Assembly: GCA_965202785.1 (NCBI GenBank)
Contig: OZ241855.1
Coordinates: 869,088-933,087 of the forward strand
Direction of reading: 5' to 3'
Length of the DNA: 64,000 nucleotides
Source: Thermodesulfobacteriota bacterium
Lineage (GTDB): Bacteria > Desulfobacterota_D > UBA1144 > Nemesobacterales > Nemesobacteraceae
Part shown: piece by piece, positions 9,277 to 20,402 of the stretch
Numbering within the stretch: the stretch's first letter is position 1
Layout of the letters: each line of letters begins with the position of its first letter
Translations under genes and position numbers: made by a program
Notes under the pieces: model-generated
Databases searched by the model: none
What the model was told of the DNA's origin: nothing
The model's input: only the letters and a program-made list of their open reading frames with translations

Positions 9277-10140
9277 ATGAATACTCTTAAAAGTCTTTTT
9301 CTGCTCGCTTTTCTCTCTGCCATTCTGGTTTGGGTAGGGGGCATGATAGGGGGCAAAAATGGTGCTTTGATAGCACTTGTTCTCGCGGGAGTTATGAATT
9401 TCGTGAGCTACTGGTGGAGCGACAAGATCGTTCTCAAGATGTACAAAGCAAGCGAGGTCGGAAGGGACAACGCGCCTGACCTCTACTCCGATGTCGAGGA
9501 ACTTGCCCAGATAGCGGGACTTCCAATGCCTCGTGTCTACATAATCCCCGAACAGGCCCCGAATGCCTTTGCCACGGGCCGGGACCCTCACCACTCAGCC
9601 GTTGCGGTTACTCAGGGAATCATGCGTCTTTTGAACAGGAACGAACTTAAAGGCGTAATTGCTCATGAGCTTGCCCATATAAAAAACAGAGACATCCTGA
9701 TCGGTTCCGTGGCGGCGACAATCGCCGGCGCTATCACCTATCTTGCCTACATGGCGCAGTTTGCAGCCATTTTCGGAGGAGGGGGAGGAGACAGAAGAGG
9801 CGGAGGGATGCTGGGACTTCTGGCTATGGCCATTATCGCCCCGATGGCGGCAATGATCGTGAGGATGGCCATATCGAGGACCAGAGAATTCGGAGCGGAC
9901 AAGACCGGGGCCGAGATATGCGGAAATCCGCTCTATCTTGCCGGCGCGCTCAGGAAGCTGCAGGCGGGAGCCTCGAGAGTTCCACTGCAGGTAAGCGAGC
10001 AGGCGGCTGAGAGCACGGCTCATATGATGATAGTGAGCCCGATGATCGGGGGAGGTTTCGCAAAGCTTTTCAGCACCCATCCTCCTACGGAAGAGAGAGT
10101 CGCACGGCTTGAAGCGATGGTCGGCGGTGCTTCCCTTTAA
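9277..10140 (+). CDS. htpX: Zinc metalloprotease HtpX
   Basis: [10 protein letters not shown] zincin motif, four TM segments and an M48 family layout. Confidence 0.9.
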   Translation: MNTLKSLFLLAFLSAILVWVGGMIGGKNGALIALVLAGVMNFVSYWWSDKIVLKMYKASEVGRDNAPDLYSDVEELAQIAGLPMPRVYIIPEQAPNAFATGRDPHHSAVAVTQGIMRLLNRNELKGVIAHELAHIKNRDILIGSVAATIAGAITYLAYMAQFAAIFGGGGGDRRGGGMLGLLAMAIIAPMAAMIVRMAISRTREFGADKTGAEICGNPLYLAGALRKLQAGASRVPLQVSEQAAESTAHMMIVSPMIGGGFAKLFSTHPPTEERVARLEAMVGGASL

Positions 10141-10172
10141 ACCGGAAGAGAAGACTCTTTGAAAAGGAGCAC

Positions 10173-10889
10173 ATGAAGGCACGACCGCTTATCGGCATAA
10201 CGACTGACCTTGAGGACAAATCAAACTTTATAGAATCCGCCTATTCGAAGGCGGTTGAATTCTACGGTGGCGCCCCGGTTCTTATTCCCACGGTTGCCGA
10301 AGCTTCAAACTCGGATTTTCTGTTCAATATAATCTCCGCAGTCAATGGGCTTTTGATACCGGGTTCCAGGGACATGGACCCGAAGTTCTACGGTGAATCC
10401 CCGCATCCTGCCATAAACCCCATGAGTCCCGAGAGAACGGAAACGGAATTCAGCGTTCTTGGCCTTGCTCTCGAAAAAGACATACCGGTTTTGGGGATAT
10501 GCGGAGGCATGCAGTTCATAAATGTTTTCCGCGGAGGTTCGATACACCAGGACATAAAAGCGCTTCTGCCCGACGCGCTTTGTCACGAAGGGGGCGAGGT
10601 TCACGATGTCACGGTTCTTCCAGACACGGTATTCGGCGGTTTCACGGAAGAAAAGGAATTCGAGATAAAGAGCTACCACCATCAGGCAATAAACAGGGTT
10701 GGAGAGGATCTTAGGGTAAACGCCTTGGCCCCGGACGGAATAGTGGAGGGGTTTGAGTCGGCCGACGGCCGTATCATGGGTTTTCAGTGGCATCCCGAGC
10801 TTGAGCGGACCCGCCTGTCCGAACTGATTTTCACCCGGTTCCTCTCCGAGGCAGCACGGACGGCGGACGGCTCCCCTAGTATCGGGTAA
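10173..10889 (+). CDS. Gamma-glutamyl-gamma-aminobutyrate hydrolase family protein (peptidase C26; class I glutamine amidotransferase-like)
   Basis: GICGGMQ nucleophile elbow plus a downstream His (YHHQAI...FQWHPE). Confidence 0.75.
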   Translation: MKARPLIGITTDLEDKSNFIESAYSKAVEFYGGAPVLIPTVAEASNSDFLFNIISAVNGLLIPGSRDMDPKFYGESPHPAINPMSPERTETEFSVLGLALEKDIPVLGICGGMQFINVFRGGSIHQDIKALLPDALCHEGGEVHDVTVLPDTVFGGFTEEKEFEIKSYHHQAINRVGEDLRVNALAPDGIVEGFESADGRIMGFQWHPELERTRLSELIFTRFLSEAARTADGSPSIG

Positions 10890-10925
10890 TTTTATCTGCG
10901 TATTTTCCCCCGGGGAGCCTTCAAA

Positions 10926-13748
10926 TTGAAGTTCATTAGCATAATAGGTGCGCGGGAGCACAATCTCAAGAACATAGACGTCAAGATACCGAGGCGCAGC
11001 TTCACTGTTGTCACGGGAGTGAGTGGTTCGGGGAAATCTTCTCTGGTTTTCGACATACTTTTTGCCGAGGCGCAGAGAAGATTCATGGAGTCGCTCTCCT
11101 CCTACGCCAGGCAGTTTGTCGAGAAGCTTGACAAGCCGGATGTCGATTTCGTCGAAGGCCTTTCTCCGTCTGTTTCGGTTGATCAGAAGACCTTTCACAG
11201 AAACCCACGCTCGACCGTCGGGACCATAACGGAGATATATGACTACATGCGCGTGCTTTTCTCCGTGGTCGGAGAGCCGCACTGCTATGAGTGCGGCGAG
11301 GAAATATCCTCCCAGACCCCCTCTAGCATGATCGAGAGAATCTGCAAGGAAGCGGGCAGAAAACCCGTGTCCGTATATTCTCCGGTAGTTCAGGGAAGAA
11401 AAGGGATATACAGAAAAGAGCTTGAGGACATGAGGAGGGAGGGTTTCGTCAGGGTTAGAATCGACGGAGAGACCTACGACCTTGAAGACGACATAGAGCT
11501 TTCCCGCAACAAAAAGCACACTATCGAACTTCTGGTGGACAATATCGTTTTGCGCGGGGAGAGTTCGGAAAAAAGACTCTCAGACGCGGTTTCCCTTGCC
11601 CTTAAAAGATCGGGCGGGCTTTTGAAATGCGAGATCGAAGGTGGGAAGATTCTCACTTTCAGCGAACATTTTTCCTGTCCCCGCTGCGCGATAAACTACC
11701 CGGAGATATCCCCTAGGCTTTTCTCCTTTAACAGTCCCTACGGCGCATGCGTGAACTGCCAGGGGCTTGGATTCGAAACGTTTTTCGATCCCGAACTCAT
11801 AGTGGAAGATCCCGGTAAGTCCCTTTGCGAAGGAGCGATCAAGCCATTTGAGGATTCAAAATATGTTGCCCGTATACTCGAGGGGCTCTCCGAGCATTAC
11901 GGGTTTTCACTCGACGTCCCGTTTTCCCGACTCTCCTCTCTGCACAGACAAAAAGTACTCTACGGCTCCGGGACGGAGAATATAAGCTTCAGGAAGGCGA
12001 GGAGGGGGAGGCAAAGGGAATACACCGCGACTTTCCCCGGAATCGTCGGCATGCTTACGGAATGGTACTCGCAGACCAATTCTGAAGAGCTTAGGGAAAA
12101 ACTCTCAAAATACATGAGAACGGTTCCGTGCAGAGAGTGCGACGGATCCAGGCTCAACAAAATCGCCCTTTCCGTGCTTTTCAGGGGAAAGAACATATCG
12201 AATCTTGCCGGTATGGCGGTTTGCGATCTCATACCTTGTTTCGAGTCGCTTGAGCTTTCCGAGAGGGAGAGAAAGATCGCGGGGGAGATAATAAAAGAGA
12301 TATCCTCCCGCCTCGGTTTTCTCGGGGACATAGGGCTTGGCTACGTGAGTCTTGACCGCACGGCTCCGACCCTTTCGGGCGGAGAGGCTCAGAGGGTGAG
12401 GCTCGCAACCCAGGTGGGGTCGAAACTTACGGGAATAACGTACGTGCTCGACGAGCCTTCAATAGGACTTCACCCGAAGGATAACAAAAAGCTCGTTGAG
12501 ACGCTAAAGAGCATAAGGGACATGGGAAACACCGTAATCGTCGTTGAGCATGACGAGGAAACCATAAAAAGCGCAGATTTCGTGCTCGACGTCGGTCCGG
12601 GAGCAGGGGAACTCGGAGGGGAGGTTGTCTGCTCTGGGAGCGTCGGGAGGATCTCCCGGTGTGCCGGTTCGGTTACCGGAAGATATCTTTCGGGCAAAAA
12701 GAAGATCCCGGTGCCCGGCTCAAGACGCTCCTCCGGCACCCGGGTCGGGATTCGGGGGGCTTTCGGGAACAACCTTAGGAAAATTGACGTCGATTTTCCC
12801 CTCGGGACGTTCATATGCGTCACAGGAGTTTCCGGTTCGGGAAAAAGCACCCTCGTTGTTGACACCCTTTATAACGGCCTGTCAAGGAAGCTTAACCGGA
12901 GCAAAAACCGTGCGGCTCCACACGAAGAAATCATCGGCACCGAAAATCTGGACAAGGTCATCAAGGTTGATCAGAGCCCGATAGGCAGAACCCCCAGATC
13001 GAATCCCGCTACCTACACCGGTGTGCTCACTGAGATAAGAAAAATCTTCTCCATGCTTCCAGAGTCGAAGGTGATGGGATACGGGCCGGGCAGGTTCAGC
13101 TTCAATCTTTCCCAAGGAAGTTGTGCGGGTTGCAGGGGAAGCGGAACTGTCAGGATCGAGATGCACTTTCTTCCCGATGTTTACGTTACGTGCGAGGTGT
13201 GCGGAGGAAGGAGGTACAATGACGAGACCTTGGCGATCAAGTACAAGGGAAGGAACATATCGGACGTTCTTGAGATGAATATAAAAGAGGCGGCGGATTT
13301 TTTTGAGAACATACCAAAGATTTCAGGAAAGCTCAGGGTGCTGAACGACGTCGGCCTCGGTTACGTGAGACTCGGGCAGCGGGTAACTACTCTTTCCGGA
13401 GGGGAGGCGCAGCGCATAAAGCTTGCGAGAGAACTTGGAAAAAAAACCTCTGGAAAAACTCTCTACATACTTGACGAACCGTCGGTCGGGCTTCATTTCG
13501 ATGATATACAGAAGCTCGTTTCGGTAATACAAAGACTCGTGGACCTAGGAAACACCGTGGTTGTCATAGAGCATAATCTTGACATCATAAAGTGCGCGGA
13601 CCATGTGATTGATCTCGGTCCTGGGGGCGGAGAGGACGGAGGAGGGCTTGTGGCCTGCGGCACCCCAGAGGAGATATGCGGGGTAAGCGGTTCGCACACG
13701 GCTTTTTATCTTAGAGGTGTTTTAGAAAACGGGATTGCAGGGAGTTAA
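10926..13748 (+). CDS. uvrA: Excinuclease ABC subunit A
   Basis: Two ABC ATPase modules: [10 protein letters not shown] and [10 protein letters not shown] Walker A motifs, and LSGGEAQR signatures twice. Zn-finger cysteines are present. Length 940 aa. TTG start with a GGGGAG RBS. Confidence 0.95.
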   Translation: MKFISIIGAREHNLKNIDVKIPRRSFTVVTGVSGSGKSSLVFDILFAEAQRRFMESLSSYARQFVEKLDKPDVDFVEGLSPSVSVDQKTFHRNPRSTVGTITEIYDYMRVLFSVVGEPHCYECGEEISSQTPSSMIERICKEAGRKPVSVYSPVVQGRKGIYRKELEDMRREGFVRVRIDGETYDLEDDIELSRNKKHTIELLVDNIVLRGESSEKRLSDAVSLALKRSGGLLKCEIEGGKILTFSEHFSCPRCAINYPEISPRLFSFNSPYGACVNCQGLGFETFFDPELIVEDPGKSLCEGAIKPFEDSKYVARILEGLSEHYGFSLDVPFSRLSSLHRQKVLYGSGTENISFRKARRGRQREYTATFPGIVGMLTEWYSQTNSEELREKLSKYMRTVPCRECDGSRLNKIALSVLFRGKNISNLAGMAVCDLIPCFESLELSERERKIAGEIIKEISSRLGFLGDIGLGYVSLDRTAPTLSGGEAQRVRLATQVGSKLTGITYVLDEPSIGLHPKDNKKLVETLKSIRDMGNTVIVVEHDEETIKSADFVLDVGPGAGELGGEVVCSGSVGRISRCAGSVTGRYLSGKKKIPVPGSRRSSGTRVGIRGAFGNNLRKIDVDFPLGTFICVTGVSGSGKSTLVVDTLYNGLSRKLNRSKNRAAPHEEIIGTENLDKVIKVDQSPIGRTPRSNPATYTGVLTEIRKIFSMLPESKVMGYGPGRFSFNLSQGSCAGCRGSGTVRIEMHFLPDVYVTCEVCGGRRYNDETLAIKYKGRNISDVLEMNIKEAADFFENIPKISGKLRVLNDVGLGYVRLGQRVTTLSGGEAQRIKLARELGKKTSGKTLYILDEPSVGLHFDDIQKLVSVIQRLVDLGNTVVVIEHNLDIIKCADHVIDLGPGGGEDGGGLVACGTPEEICGVSGSHTAFYLRGVLENGIAGS

Positions 13749-13751
13749 AGA

Positions 13752-14555
13752 TTGGAGATAGCGCAGTCGATAGTCCTCGGCCTAATACAGGGGATAACCG
13801 AGTTTTTCCCCGTAAGCAGCACAGCTCACCTGTTTCTGGTTCCGTGGCTTTTTTCCTGGCAGGATCAGGGCCTGCCTTTCACGGTTGCGCTTCACGTAGG
13901 GAGCCTCTTTGCGATCCTTTACTGCTTCAGGGGAGAGCTTGTGCTTATCATACGGGATTTTTTCTGCGGCTTGAGATCTTTTTCGTTTGATGGGCGCCAA
14001 CATGGAAAAACTGGAGTCTATCTTGTGGTCGCTACCCTGCCTGCTGTTGCGGCAGGGTTTTTGTTCGAAGGTTATGTTTCAGGCGTGCTTCGCGACCCTG
14101 TTCTGGTTGCCGCCTTTCTTCTGGGCTTCGGGGTGCTTCTTTACATCTCCGACAGAAAGACGACCGCGAGTAAGACTATTTCCGACATGAACCTTGGCGA
14201 CGCGCTTTTTTTCGGTGTGGCTCAGGCTCTTGCGATCCTGCCCGGAGCCTCAAGAGCGGGCGTTACGATTACCGGAGGGCTTTTCAGAAACTACAAAAGA
14301 GAAGAAGCCGCGCGCTTTTCATTTCTTCTGGCCATACCTGTCATAGTTGCGGCCGGGATTTTCGAGATAAGGCATATCGGATACACGGAGATGTTCAGAT
14401 GGTCTTTCGTTCTCGGTGTAGCGACCTCTTTTCTGGCGGCTCTTTTTGCCATCCGATTTCTGCTGGGTTACGTGAAGACGAGATCATTCACTCTTTTTGT
14501 AGTCTACAGGGTAATTCTTTCCATCGTCATAATTACGGTGTATTTGTGGGCGTAG
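13752..14555 (+). CDS. uppP: Undecaprenyl-diphosphate phosphatase
   Basis: Translation GITEFFPVSSTAHL... matches the BacA/UppP family signature; multi-TM; 267 aa. Confidence 0.9.
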   Translation: MEIAQSIVLGLIQGITEFFPVSSTAHLFLVPWLFSWQDQGLPFTVALHVGSLFAILYCFRGELVLIIRDFFCGLRSFSFDGRQHGKTGVYLVVATLPAVAAGFLFEGYVSGVLRDPVLVAAFLLGFGVLLYISDRKTTASKTISDMNLGDALFFGVAQALAILPGASRAGVTITGGLFRNYKREEAARFSFLLAIPVIVAAGIFEIRHIGYTEMFRWSFVLGVATSFLAALFAIRFLLGYVKTRSFTLFVVYRVILSIVIITVYLWA

Positions 14556-14626
14556 AAGACATTGTCTTCATGAGTCCGTCGGAGCGATAATTTTTTAAAA
14601 GGCTTCGATTAAAGCAACTCGGGGTT

Positions 14627-15634
14627 TTATTCGCGAGAAACTTGGTCTGTTAGCTTATTCTTTTTGGAAACGGTTTTTTTTACCGCCTGCAAGACCGCTT
14701 CGTGGATGGTGCCGTTCGTCGCTAGGACTCCTTTGTTTTCGAGGAGTTTCTTGCCAGTGGAGAAATCAAGCGGCTTACCCGAGGAGTCGGTGACGGTTCC
14801 TCCGGCTTCCTTGACGATTATGTATCCTGCAGCGTGGTCCCATATATTTTCTTTGTAATCTTTTCGTGGCGGCGGACGAAGGTAAATGGAAGTATCTCCC
14901 CTAGCCAAAACCGCGTATTTACACTGGCTGTCCATTCTTACGGGTTTTGCGCTTATATCGAGAAAGCGGGCGATTTTCCCCGAAAATTCGTAGGATGCAG
15001 CGGGGGCTTCAACCGATTCACACATAACGGAGTCCGAGGCTTTTTCAACGCTTGATACCGAAATGCGTGTCCGCGGGCTTCCTGAAAGTCCAAACTGGTA
15101 GGAACCCTGTCCTCTCTCCGCGAAAAACATGAATCCTTTTTCCTCACTTGTGCCGTCACTTGCGTCCAGTTCTGGACACCCAAGGATTCCGAGAACTATT
15201 TCTCCGTTCTCAATGAGCGCGAGTGCGATTGCGTACTGGCGTTTCGCGAGAAATCCCCTTGTTCCGTCAATTGGGTCAAGCGTCCAAAATCTGCCGTGAC
15301 TTCCGCCCCTATGGTTTCCCCTGTTGATAGCACGGAAAATCTCGTTCGGGCTTTTTTCGGGCAGGAGTTTCTCAAGATTTCTTCTGAGCGTTTCTCCGCA
15401 GCTGCCCTCGAGACAAAACGAGGTTTCCTCGGCGACTATTGGAATTTCGGGAAAGGCGGCCGTGAGCTCATCGTTTATTGAAGCCTGCACGAAGAAATCT
15501 GCGAGCGTGACTGGAGAACCGTCTGTTTTGTAAAAGGCTTCGCGGAACTCAGGTTTCCCGCTCATTCGTGCGCAGGCCCTTGCCGCTTTTGTTACTGCGT
15601 CAAGACCCGTCTTTTTTTCAAGTTCAAAGCCCAT
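14627..15634 (-). CDS. 3'(2'),5'-bisphosphate nucleotidase (HAL2/CysQ-like; inositol monophosphatase superfamily)
   Basis: WTLDPIDGTRGF metal-binding motif. Length 335 aa fits the long PAP-phosphatase subgroup. Confidence 0.75.
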   Translation of the reverse strand: MGFELEKKTGLDAVTKAARACARMSGKPEFREAFYKTDGSPVTLADFFVQASINDELTAAFPEIPIVAEETSFCLEGSCGETLRRNLEKLLPEKSPNEIFRAINRGNHRGGSHGRFWTLDPIDGTRGFLAKRQYAIALALIENGEIVLGILGCPELDASDGTSEEKGFMFFAERGQGSYQFGLSGSPRTRISVSSVEKASDSVMCESVEAPAASYEFSGKIARFLDISAKPVRMDSQCKYAVLARGDTSIYLRPPPRKDYKENIWDHAAGYIIVKEAGGTVTDSSGKPLDFSTGKKLLENKGVLATNGTIHEAVLQAVKKTVSKKNKLTDQVSRE

Positions 15635-15676
15635 TTGTATTGGATTTCGTCTTTAGGACAAAATCGCGGTGGTTTT

Positions 15677-18070
15677 TCAGGTCTTTGCTACGAATGTCGG
15701 GCTCTCCGGTGAAATTTCAAAACCCACTCCCGCGTGGGAAAGCGCTATTCCGTTTCCGTTTTTAAGCGTGTATCTAGTTTCGGAGTGGCTTAGGTTCACC
15801 TCTATTAGATTGCCCAAGATTGAGATGGAAAAACTAAGTTTCAGCATTTTCTCGGGCAGATTGGGGATGAACTCGGGTCTTTCCCCGGTATTGGCGAGCC
15901 CGGCGAATCCGAACACGAACATCATCCATGTTCCGCCCATGGAGGCTATGTGACAGCCGTCAACGGTGTTTCGTCCCATGTCTCCCAAATCCATGAAAAC
16001 CGCGTTTTCCGCGTATTCCATCGCCTTGTCCATGTGTCCGACCTTGGCGGCAACTATTCCCTGTATGCAGGCTGAAAGCGAAGAGTCTCCCGTCGTGAGA
16101 GGGTCGTAGTAATCAAAGTTCCGTCTTTCTTCTTCCTGCGAGAACTCCTTTTCAAGGAGGAACATCGCGAGTACGAGATCCGACTGCTTGACTACTTTGT
16201 GACGGTAAATGACCAGCGGGTGGTAGTGAAGCAGTATGGGATACTTGTCTTCCGGGATGTTTTCAAAATCCCATTTTTCCTTCTCGAGAAAGTAGTTGTC
16301 CTGGGGGTGGATCCCGAGTTCTTCGTTATATGGTATGTACATGTGCTCGGCGGCGTTTTTCCAGGCCTCGATTTCCGAGATGCGGAGGTTGGTTTTGTGG
16401 GCGAGGCTTTTAAAAAGTTCGGGTTCGGTTTCCTCGAGTTTTTCAACCGTGGCTGCAGCGAGTCTCAGGTTCTCGCGGGCCATGAGATTAGTGTAGGTGT
16501 TGTTATTTACCACGGTGTTGTACTCGTCCGGGCCGGTAACACCGTGTATTTCGAACTTTGCTTCTCCCGAGTTCGAGTAGAATCCGAGATCGCTCCACAG
16601 CCTTGCCGTTTCAATCAGAATTTCCGTTCCGTACTTGGAGACAAAATCATGATCTCCGGTGACATTAACGTATTTTCTAAGTGCGTAGACTATATCAGCG
16701 TTTATATGGTACTGTGCGGTTCCCGCCGCATAGTAAGCTGAAGCCTCTTCCCCGTTTATGGTTCTCCAGGGAAACATCGCTCCTTTCTGGTTGAGTCTCC
16801 TTGCGTATTCCCTAGCTTTGTCAAGCATGCTGTAGCGAAACTTGAGAAGGCTCTCGGCGATAATGGGCGAAGTGTAGATAAGAAAAGGCATTAAGTATAT
16901 TTCCATGTCCCAGAAATAATGGCCGTCGTAGCCCACTCCGGTAAGACCCTTGGACGGGACTCCGGCTCCTTCAACCCTTGCCGACGACTGGTACATCTGG
17001 AAAAGGCTGAATCTTATCGCCTGCTGGAAGGACACTGTCCGCTCATCGCTGTCCATCTCCACGCATATGTCGCTTCTTTCCCAGAATTTGTCGAGATACT
17101 TGCGCTGTCCCTCAAGCAAATCCGAAAATCCGAATTTCTTGGCTCTTTTAAGGCTCCTTCTAGCTCTCTCTCGAAGTTCCTCGTTTGTGTGCGGAGCGGT
17201 TCTTGTGGTGTGATAGGTCATGTACTTGGTAAGACTTATCGGTTCTCCCTTTTGGGCGTCAACCATGAAAACTACTTTTCCTCGGTCATCTGCCGCCCTG
17301 CTTGTATAGGAAAAATCGCAGTTTGTCTCAAGCGTGTGCTCGATACCCGATGTTATCGTCATCTTGCTGTTTCGGGTTGAGTGGCAGAGAATGACACTCG
17401 TGTCCCGCGCTTCGTTCAGACAAGGTTCAAGAACCCGGTGCTCAAGCCTGCTGGCCCTGCGCGGATCTCCTCCGTTGCCCTGCACCTGCTGTTCTTCGTC
17501 CTCTTCCGCATAGTTTTCGTGGTCAATTATTTCCGAAGATATGATTACGGGGGCTTTGTCGTTGAGGACCGTTACTTCGTAGGATATGGCGGCCAGATGG
17601 CGGTGCTCCATGGAAACCAGCCTTTTCGATCTTATCGATATCTGTTTGCCCGAGAACATTTCCCATATGAGGTTTCTCTCTACCACGCCGTTTCTCATGT
17701 CGAGGACCCGCTCGAAGTGAAGAAGAGTCGCGGTCGGTATGTAAAAGGGCTCGTCGTCCACGTAAAGCTTAATTATCTTCGAGTCCGGAACGTTCACTAT
17801 GGTCTGTCCCATTTTCGTGAACCCGAAGGCTTCCTCTCCGTATATAATGGGCCATGTTTCGTAGAAGCCGTTTACTATGGTGAAATTCTGGTAACTCGGG
17901 TTTCCCTCTTCAAAAGCGCCCCGCATTCCTATGTAGCCGTTTGATGTGCAGAAGATGGTTTCCGCAAGGCCGATTAATTCGGGATAAAACTGCTTTTCCG
18001 TTATTCTCCACGGGTCCGGCGGATATATGTGCTGTGCCGCGTATATTCCTCTTTTCTCTCTTCTTATCAT
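15677..18070 (-). CDS. Glycoside hydrolase family 65 disaccharide phosphorylase (trehalose/kojibiose/maltose phosphorylase type)
   Basis: A 797-aa protein with GH65 N-terminal, catalytic (alpha/alpha)6 and C-terminal regions recognisable. It is co-oriented with the downstream beta-phosphoglucomutase gene. Confidence 0.8.
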   Translation of the reverse strand: MIRREKRGIYAAQHIYPPDPWRITEKQFYPELIGLAETIFCTSNGYIGMRGAFEEGNPSYQNFTIVNGFYETWPIIYGEEAFGFTKMGQTIVNVPDSKIIKLYVDDEPFYIPTATLLHFERVLDMRNGVVERNLIWEMFSGKQISIRSKRLVSMEHRHLAAISYEVTVLNDKAPVIISSEIIDHENYAEEDEEQQVQGNGGDPRRASRLEHRVLEPCLNEARDTSVILCHSTRNSKMTITSGIEHTLETNCDFSYTSRAADDRGKVVFMVDAQKGEPISLTKYMTYHTTRTAPHTNEELRERARRSLKRAKKFGFSDLLEGQRKYLDKFWERSDICVEMDSDERTVSFQQAIRFSLFQMYQSSARVEGAGVPSKGLTGVGYDGHYFWDMEIYLMPFLIYTSPIIAESLLKFRYSMLDKAREYARRLNQKGAMFPWRTINGEEASAYYAAGTAQYHINADIVYALRKYVNVTGDHDFVSKYGTEILIETARLWSDLGFYSNSGEAKFEIHGVTGPDEYNTVVNNNTYTNLMARENLRLAAATVEKLEETEPELFKSLAHKTNLRISEIEAWKNAAEHMYIPYNEELGIHPQDNYFLEKEKWDFENIPEDKYPILLHYHPLVIYRHKVVKQSDLVLAMFLLEKEFSQEEERRNFDYYDPLTTGDSSLSACIQGIVAAKVGHMDKAMEYAENAVFMDLGDMGRNTVDGCHIASMGGTWMMFVFGFAGLANTGERPEFIPNLPEKMLKLSFSISILGNLIEVNLSHSETRYTLKNGNGIALSHAGVGFEISPESPTFVAKT

Positions 18071-18088
18071 CCTTGCACTCCTCGCACT

Positions 18089-18874
18089 CTACTCCCCAAA
18101 TCCGAACTCCCCCAGGTCTCTGACGACCATGTCCGCTCCGCTTGAAAAAAGTTCCTCTTCATTTTGCTTTCTGGCTACTCCGATTACCACTCCGAACCCC
18201 CCACTCGCTCCCGCTGCTACTCCTGCCGCCGCATCCTCGATAACGATACTCCTTGCGGGCTTGATTCCAAGAGCCAAGGCGGCTTCAAGGAACGTATCTG
18301 GTTCCGGCTTTCCTCGAAGACCTTTTTCGGCCGCCGTTACCCCGTCCACCGTTACCTCAAAAAGGTCCTCTACTCCCGCGGCCGCCATTACCGCCCGGCA
18401 GTTTCTGCTTGAAGATACGACTGCCAGGCGAAACCCGGATTTCTTAAGATGACGTACCAGCGCGACGGATGTCTGGTAGATTCCAGGCGACTCTTTTTCG
18501 AGGGTTTCCGTGAACATCTGGTTTTTCCTGTTTCCGAGCCCGAAAACTGATTGCTCTCCCGGAGGGGAGTTTGTATCGCCCTCGGGAAGTTCTATCGCGC
18601 GCGAAAGCAGAAAGCCGCGCACGCCCTCATAGCGGGGTTTGCCGTCGACATACTCAAGGTAATCGTCAGTTTCGTTGAAGGGAACGAAGTTCTCGCCCTT
18701 CTTGCTTGCCCAAGTGCGAAGGAACTCGTCAAATGTCTTTTTCCAGCAGGCCGAGTGAACTTTTTCAGTCGTGGTAATTACTCCGTCAAGATCGAAAAGA
18801 ACCGCATCGCAGTTGCTTTTTGAGAAGACGCTTTCTCCGTTTGGAAGTTCTGTCTTAAGGGCCTGCGCTTTCAT
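18089..18874 (-). CDS. pgmB: Beta-phosphoglucomutase (HAD superfamily)
   Basis: HAD motif I AVLFDLDGVITTTE, motif II VVSSS, and the K...ED region. It lies immediately downstream of the GH65 phosphorylase. The start was chosen at MKAQALK; the ORF could extend to 18904. Confidence 0.8.
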   Translation of the reverse strand: MKAQALKTELPNGESVFSKSNCDAVLFDLDGVITTTEKVHSACWKKTFDEFLRTWASKKGENFVPFNETDDYLEYVDGKPRYEGVRGFLLSRAIELPEGDTNSPPGEQSVFGLGNRKNQMFTETLEKESPGIYQTSVALVRHLKKSGFRLAVVSSSRNCRAVMAAAGVEDLFEVTVDGVTAAEKGLRGKPEPDTFLEAALALGIKPARSIVIEDAAAGVAAGASGGFGVVIGVARKQNEEELFSSGADMVVRDLGEFGFGE

Positions 18875-19045
18875 ATCTGTTTTCCGAAGAGGAGTTTCAC
18901 CCACGGCATTTTTGATGCGGATTAATTATACAGCATTATTCCCTGCGAAAAACCACACAAAACGCAGCTAGGTCCTTTGGTACTTCTAGAGGGCATTTTG
19001 AAATTGAACCCTTTTTATGATAGTTTGATAATTCCTTTTGAGTTT

Positions 19046-19121
19046 GGCCCCATCGTCTAGGGGTTTAGGACGCAGCCCTCTCAAGGCTGAAACACGGGTT
19101 CGAATCCCGTTGGGGCTACCA
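19046..19121 (+). tRNA. tRNA-Glu (anticodon CTC)
   Basis: Cloverleaf GGCCCCA...TGGGGCT-A-CCA. Anticodon loop CTCTCAA gives anticodon CUC. TTCGAATCC T-loop. CCA is encoded. Confidence 0.85.
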
Positions 19122-19289
19122 CTTCCACTTTTTTTCGACTGAGTTTTCCATATTTTCCGTGCTTTGCATCAGGGACGGTGAAAAAAGCCATTTGGGAATT
19201 GACGCAACTACCCATGATGTTTTAAACTAACCCTGAAGTTGCCGGCGCTTGCCGCCTGCACAAACAACAACACATCAAGGAGGGGTAAA

Positions 19290-20060
19290 ATGAAACTTGA
19301 AGGTAAATCCGCAATAATTACTGGCGGCAGTCTGGGAATAGGGCAGGTCACTGCGCTTCTTTTTGCAAATGAGGGCGCAGATGTTCTTATAACCGGCAGA
19401 ACTGAAAGCACTCTTGCAGAAGCTGCGGAACTGGCTAAGGATTCTCCCGGCAGGATAGAGTATCTTGTAAGCGACGTATCAAAGGAGGAGGACTGCGAGC
19501 AGGCTGTGGAGCACGCCATAAAGCTTTTCGGCAAAATCGACATACTGTTTAACAATGCCGGGGTGCTTCCTCTCGCAAATACTCACGAGACATCTATTGA
19601 AGACTGGGACCAGGTATTTGCCATTAACGTAAGGGGCACCTTCATGATGTCCAAGTTCTCGATTCCACACATGATCGAGCAGGGTGGAGGCACAATAATC
19701 AATAATTCCTCCATACTTGGAATTAAGGCCATACCGGGTACCGCCGCATATAATTCCACCAAAGGAGCGGTGTCGCAGCTCACAAGAAGCATGGCCCTTG
19801 AGTACGGGGCAAACGGCATCAGGGTAAACGCCATAAATCCCGGCACTACACTGACTCCGATGGTAGAGGCCTTTCTCGAAGATTCGCCCCCGGAGCTTGA
19901 TGCGTATCTGAAGGGACTCCAGCCTATAACCGGGCACTTGGGCCGTTTCGCGACCCCCGAGGAAATAGCGCACGCGGTGCTTTTCCTCTGCGACAGTGAA
20001 AACGTGGCGTATATGACGGGAGCGGAGCTTTCCGTTGACGGCGGGTGGATAGCTAACTAG
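19290..20060 (+). CDS. SDR family oxidoreductase
   Basis: TGGSLGIGQ cofactor motif, NNAG, and the S...YNSTK catalytic triad region. AGGAGGGG RBS before the ATG at 19290. Confidence 0.85.
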   Translation: MKLEGKSAIITGGSLGIGQVTALLFANEGADVLITGRTESTLAEAAELAKDSPGRIEYLVSDVSKEEDCEQAVEHAIKLFGKIDILFNNAGVLPLANTHETSIEDWDQVFAINVRGTFMMSKFSIPHMIEQGGGTIINNSSILGIKAIPGTAAYNSTKGAVSQLTRSMALEYGANGIRVNAINPGTTLTPMVEAFLEDSPPELDAYLKGLQPITGHLGRFATPEEIAHAVLFLCDSENVAYMTGAELSVDGGWIAN

Positions 20061-20091
20061 GGAAGCAGTTTCTGGCCCAGATCCTGTCCTG

Positions 20092-20391
20092 TCAGTCGGT
20101 ATCTGTATCTGTAAGGGTTATATCGGCAAGGGGTCCGTACGCGGCGGAGAGGGTTTTTCTTATAAAGGCTTCGGGATCGTCCGTTTCGGCTTCCACGAGG
20201 ATTTCTCCGCGGTTCTCAAGAGAGCCCCGAAAATCCCCGGCAGGCGACGGGTTTTCGTTTCCCTCGCATGTTGAGCTGTTCAGGATAAAGAGAACCTCAG
20301 GCTTATCCCCGTTTCTCACCTCGCAGTCTATTGACACTATCCCCTCCGGGACCTCTATGTCGGCTACGTATCTTGAGGTTTGTTCCTGCAT
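20092..20391 (-). CDS. Hypothetical acidic protein
   Basis: A 99-aa ORF directly downstream of ispH on the same strand. No recognisable motif. TDTDTD tail. Confidence 0.3.
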   Translation of the reverse strand: MQEQTSRYVADIEVPEGIVSIDCEVRNGDKPEVLFILNSSTCEGNENPSPAGDFRGSLENRGEILVEAETDDPEAFIRKTLSAAYGPLADITLTDTDTD

Positions 20392-20402
20392 TCTCGGTAG
20401 AC

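Noticed and set aside
10305-11519. A 404-aa minus-strand ORF
   Set aside because: It lies entirely antisense to the C26 peptidase gene and the uvrA 5' region, which have strong motif support. Its Arg/Gly/Pro-rich translation has no domain signature and is typical of a GC-biased antisense frame.
14555-14569. A hairpin GAAGAC-att-GTCTTC at the uppP stop codon, as a possible terminator
   Set aside because: No T-tract follows (the next bases are atgagtcc). It was not called as a rho-independent terminator.
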